Assembly (NCBI GenBank): GCA_050175015.1
Contig: JBFXJJ010000008.1
Coordinates: 32,001-96,000, forward strand
Source of the DNA: Alphaproteobacteria bacterium
GTDB taxonomy: Bacteria; Pseudomonadota; Alphaproteobacteria; JBFXJJ01
DNA: 64,000 nucleotides
Reading direction: 5' to 3'
Positions 60,171-64,000 of this stretch are shown piece by piece. A program made the translations under genes and the position numbers. Under the pieces are notes generated by a model. The model saw nothing but the letters and a program-made list of their open reading frames with translations, did not search any database and was not told the origin of the DNA. The first letter of the stretch is position 1. Every line of letters starts with the position of its first letter.

Positions 60171-61721
60171 ATGGCTAAAAATCAAGAAACTAATTGGTAT
60201 TTGGAATTAGAAAACAGATATAAAAAAATATCGAAGTTAAGTGAAATTTCCGAATTGTTAGAATGGGATAGCGCCATTTGTCTTCCTGAAAAAGCCGCAG
60301 ATAATAGAGGTGATCAACAAGCTGTTTTAAAAGGCTTGATTCACGATGAGATGACTAGTCCTGAATGGCAAAATATTTTTGAAGGTGCCGAAAAGCAAGA
60401 TGGACTTAATGATTGGCAGAAAGCTAACATTCGTGAAGCAAAAAGGCTTTGGGTTCACGCAACTTGTGTCCCTAAAGAGCTTGTTGAAAAGCAAGCTAAA
60501 GCCGTTAATTCGTGTCAAGATGCTTGGCGAAAAGCAAAGAAGGAAAATGACTTTAAGTCATATGCTCCGCATTTACAGAAAGTTATGACCATCAACCGAG
60601 AAATAGCTAAAATAAAGTCAGAAAAATTGGGGCTTTCTCTTTATGATGCAATGCTTGACGAGTATCAGCCTGGGCTTAAATCGGAGACGATTGATAAAGT
60701 TTTTGGTGATTTAAAAACGTTTTTACCTAAAGCTATTCAAGAAATATCACAGAAGCAAGGGGCTTCAAGGCCAGAGTTTAAAGAAGATTACCCTGTTGAA
60801 AAACAAAAGGCTTTTTTAACTGAAATTATGCAAAATATGGAATTTGATTTTGCAAGAGGGCGTATGGATAGAGGAAGCAGTGCTTTTCTGCTCGATTTAG
60901 GGAATGATGCCAGAGTTGTTTCTCGTTTTGATGAAAAAAATCCGTTACGTTCCGTTATATCTGGTATGCACGAGACGGGACATGCCTTGTATGAACAACA
61001 CCGTCCTTTAGAATGGGCGGATCAACCCGTGGGCAAGCATCGTGGGATTGGGGTTCACGAGAGCCAATCATTATTAATGGTTTCTCAAGTTTATCAAAGT
61101 CCAGAGTTTATGGGATATGTAGCTGAAAAAATGCACAAATATTATAACACGGAAGAAACTAAACCTGAGAACTTAAAGGCTAAAATAAGCAAAGTTGAAC
61201 CATCACTAATCAGAGTTAACGCTGATGATGTAACTTATCCTTTACATGTTATAATGCGTTACGAAATAGAGAAAGATTTGCTTGAAGGTAAAATGAATGT
61301 TTCTGATTTACCTAAAGTCTGGGGAGAAAAAAGCAAAGAATATTTAGGTGTTGAGCCTCAAACTGATACGCAAGGCTGTTTGCAAGATGTTCATTGGTCT
61401 TCAGGTTATATGGGCTATTTTCCTAACTATGCGATAGGAACGTTGCTTGCGGCACAGTTTTTTGAAGCCGCCAAAAAAGAAAAGCCCGAAATTGCAGATG
61501 AGTTAAAACAAGGCAGCTTTAAGTCTTTGAATAATTGGCTTTCTAAAAACGTTCATCAAAAAGCAAGCTTAAATAGTTTTGAAGATTTAATTAAAGAAGC
61601 TACAGGCAAAGAATTTTCAGCTGAGGCTTTTAAGCGTTCCATAAGAGATAAGTATCATCTAAATGGCAACGACAATGCTCTTCAAAATGTAGTCAAAAAC
61701 AAAAAACAGCAAAATAAATAA
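60171..61721 (+). CDS. M32 carboxypeptidase
   Basis: HETGHALYEQ, HESQS, IRVNADDVTYPLH, GCLQDVHW, GYFPNY. Confidence 0.93.
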   Translation: MAKNQETNWYLELENRYKKISKLSEISELLEWDSAICLPEKAADNRGDQQAVLKGLIHDEMTSPEWQNIFEGAEKQDGLNDWQKANIREAKRLWVHATCVPKELVEKQAKAVNSCQDAWRKAKKENDFKSYAPHLQKVMTINREIAKIKSEKLGLSLYDAMLDEYQPGLKSETIDKVFGDLKTFLPKAIQEISQKQGASRPEFKEDYPVEKQKAFLTEIMQNMEFDFARGRMDRGSSAFLLDLGNDARVVSRFDEKNPLRSVISGMHETGHALYEQHRPLEWADQPVGKHRGIGVHESQSLLMVSQVYQSPEFMGYVAEKMHKYYNTEETKPENLKAKISKVEPSLIRVNADDVTYPLHVIMRYEIEKDLLEGKMNVSDLPKVWGEKSKEYLGVEPQTDTQGCLQDVHWSSGYMGYFPNYAIGTLLAAQFFEAAKKEKPEIADELKQGSFKSLNNWLSKNVHQKASLNSFEDLIKEATGKEFSAEAFKRSIRDKYHLNGNDNALQNVVKNKKQQNK

Positions 61722-61794
61722 TGCAATGCTAATTGTTCATCTGCGTTTAGGCAAAAATGGATATATTAATTTTTTGCAATTTAATGGCGTATGA

Positions 61795-62880
61795 TTAACG
61801 TTTTTGAGGCTTTAATACTATTTTTAAATCAGATCCTGATAATGAGTGCTTTTGAATAAGCCATCTGTGGGCATCTTTGATAAAATTTATATCATTTCCA
61901 GAAAATAGGCTTTTGGCGTTGTTATCACCTAAAGATATCGGTGCTAGATACTGAACAAAAATATCAATTAAGTTTTCTTTTAATAGCTCATTAGCAAGAA
62001 AGCCTCCGCCTTCGCATAAAAGATAATGGCAGTTTTTTTCTTCAAAAAGCCAATTCATACCAGTTTCCAGATTTTCAAAGTTTTTTATTTCGCAGCCAAG
62101 TTTTAATAATTCTGCAGCATTTTTAGAATTGATTTCCTGTTTCGTTGTCCAAAAAATGGTGTCGGCTGCCCTTTTTTGTATTAAATAAAAATCATCATTA
62201 AAATTAGGAAGACAGCTAGTTACAACAACAGCTTTGGGTTGTTTATCTGCGCCGTTTATTCTAGCGGTAAGTTTAGGATTATCGTTAAAAAAGGTGTTTT
62301 TGCCAATGATTACAGCGTGGCTGTTTTTTCTCATTTTGTGAACATCTTTGCGTGAAGCTTCGCAAGAAATCCAAGATGCGTCTCCTGTTTTAGTCGCAAT
62401 CTTACCATCTAGGCTTGTCGCCATTTTTAAAGTTGTATATGGGCGCTTATATTTTTTCCATACTATGAAATCTTCAATTAATTCACGACATAAATTTTCT
62501 TCAATATTGGTCGTTACATTAACTCCGTTCTGCCGCAGGAAATCAGCTCCACCACCAGCAACATCAGGATTAATATCTAAACAACCAATAACAACATTTT
62601 TTATTTTGCTGTTTATGATAGCTTGGGTGCAAGGCGGGGTTTTACCATAGTGGTTGCAAGGCTCAAGTGTTACATAAATGGTGCAGTCTTTTAAGTCGAT
62701 GCCTTTTTTTTGAGCATCATTAATGGCTTCAACTTCAGCGTGAGGAAACCCCGCTTTTTTATGATAACCTTTAGCAACAATCTGATTGTTTTTGACGATT
62801 ACAGCCCCAACACAAGGATTGGGGTGGGTTTTCCCTTTCGCTTTTCTTGCTTCTAAAATGGCCTTTTTCATAAAATTCAT
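61795..62880 (-). CDS. ribD: Riboflavin biosynthesis deaminase/reductase
   Basis: PNPCVGAVIV, HAE, TLEPCNHYGKTPPC, SLDGKIA, EGGG. Confidence 0.96.
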   Translation of the reverse strand: MNFMKKAILEARKAKGKTHPNPCVGAVIVKNNQIVAKGYHKKAGFPHAEVEAINDAQKKGIDLKDCTIYVTLEPCNHYGKTPPCTQAIINSKIKNVVIGCLDINPDVAGGGADFLRQNGVNVTTNIEENLCRELIEDFIVWKKYKRPYTTLKMATSLDGKIATKTGDASWISCEASRKDVHKMRKNSHAVIIGKNTFFNDNPKLTARINGADKQPKAVVVTSCLPNFNDDFYLIQKRAADTIFWTTKQEINSKNAAELLKLGCEIKNFENLETGMNWLFEEKNCHYLLCEGGGFLANELLKENLIDIFVQYLAPISLGDNNAKSLFSGNDINFIKDAHRWLIQKHSLSGSDLKIVLKPQKR

Positions 62881-63072
62881 TGTTAGTTTAATCCTTAAAT
62901 TTTATAATAATGGTAAGTTTAGCTAAAAAATATTCATTTTTATATGACTAATATTTTTTATGATTAGAACAACATCCCTTAAAACAACGAAGAAAAGACT
63001 CTATGACCACTATAAAGCCCTTTTTTTATAGTTTGAATGTTATACACTATGGTGGTAGTTATGGTTGTTTTT

Positions 63073-63837
63073 TTATGGTCTATAAGAGTCAATATTGATA
63101 AGCCAATTTCCTTGAAAGTCTTCTTTTTTTACGCTGTTCATTTCACTGCCGAGCATCTCTTTAAAACCCAAGGAAGCTTTTTTCATCAAAGGATTTTGAT
63201 GTTCCAATACCTCAAATGGTGTCGTCTGATTGGGCATTAGGGGGCTGTATTCAACTAGTGCAGAAGCATGTGTAATGTAGTTACCATCTTTATCCTTAAA
63301 TGTTACGACTGCTTGTAGACTATTGATTGGCAAATTACAATGGTTTGTAACTTGGCCTTTTGCACTAACGTAACTATGCTCAATAAACCAGCTCCATTTT
63401 TCAACAACCAAACAAGTATTAGCTCTTAAATGTCTCTCTGCCTGCATTCCTTGTTCTGTAACAACAACTTTTTTAGAAATCCATGCAGGCTTATCATTAT
63501 ATGTTATTTGTAGCCAATCATCTTTCTTGTTTATGTACGTAAAATGATCTTTTAGCTTTACTTTTCCGACCACTTCACCATTGGGTTCCTTTCTAACATT
63601 AGCTACCCCCGAACTTACATATATATCTTGAGAACCAATGCGGGTACGTGTTGTTAAACTTCCTTTTCTCTCTCCAATTAAGTCAGATATAAAAGAGATA
63701 AAAATAAACAAACCAATTCCCCATAACAAACAACCAGAATGACCATGTTTTGTTTTTATTTTTGCACCACAATGGGGACAGCTCTTTGCCGTATCACTTA
63801 CTTCTTTATTACATTCTCTGCATTTAATTAGGCTCAT
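63073..63837 (-). CDS. Zinc-ribbon + TM + SH3-like + FxLYD-like membrane protein
   Basis: CRECNKEVSDTAKSCPHCG; ANVRKEP...WLQI...WIS; GQVTN...VTFKDKDG; start taken at MSLIKC. Confidence 0.7.
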   Translation of the reverse strand: MSLIKCRECNKEVSDTAKSCPHCGAKIKTKHGHSGCLLWGIGLFIFISFISDLIGERKGSLTTRTRIGSQDIYVSSGVANVRKEPNGEVVGKVKLKDHFTYINKKDDWLQITYNDKPAWISKKVVVTEQGMQAERHLRANTCLVVEKWSWFIEHSYVSAKGQVTNHCNLPINSLQAVVTFKDKDGNYITHASALVEYSPLMPNQTTPFEVLEHQNPLMKKASLGFKEMLGSEMNSVKKEDFQGNWLINIDSYRP

Positions 63838-63967
63838 AAAAAACTCTTTCAAATCTATTATAAATAAAGCACTACATAATATATACAACCAAAACATATA
63901 ATGGCCAAAAGAAAACAATATTGTTTACGATGGTTTGTGTGATTAGATTCTGAGTTATAAAGCAGTA

Positions 63968-63991
63968 AAACCGAGTCAATTGACTCGGTTT
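63968..63991. terminator. Perfect palindrome / terminator-like hairpin
   Basis: AAACCGAGTCAATTGACTCGGTTT. Confidence 0.5.
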
Positions 63992-64000
63992 AGGCTAAAC

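Overview
Low-GC bacterial chromosome segment, most consistent with an Alphaproteobacterium (RcdA/DUF1465-like protein, Rhodospirillales-style MCP signalling domain, alphaproteobacterial tRNA-fMet fragments; taxonomy is inference). Core genes (U32-family hydroxylase, rcdA-like, cspA, tRNA-Arg(CCG)) are followed by a ~40-kb island bounded by a perfect 47-bp direct repeat of the tRNA-Arg 3' end (3639-3685 / 43592-43638). The island is nested. A ~29-kb integrative mobilizable element (5250-34410: P4-like integrase, Xis, split primase/DUF3631 replicase, TraK/MobC/MOBP relaxase, oriT) sits in an orphan tRNA-fMet 3'-half carried by the outer island. Its cargo is mostly defence: type IIG-like MTase, Lamassu, ApeA-like HEPN, PLD-SNF2 helicase, an unrecognised nuclease+helical pair, three TA modules and an MCP. 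The outer island has only an integrase, two inverted RP4-like oriTs sharing a 10-bp-phased array, and an unrecognised HEPN-SNF2 + sacsin-ATPase/HNH pair. After icd-acnA/gltA come an unassigned pseudoknotted RNA candidate, a decayed accessory region with toxin/immunity-like pairs, and several unrelated enzymes sharing basic C-terminal tails suggestive of type IV secretion substrates, then argE and ribD. Family calls come from motif recognition by eye; no database searches were run.
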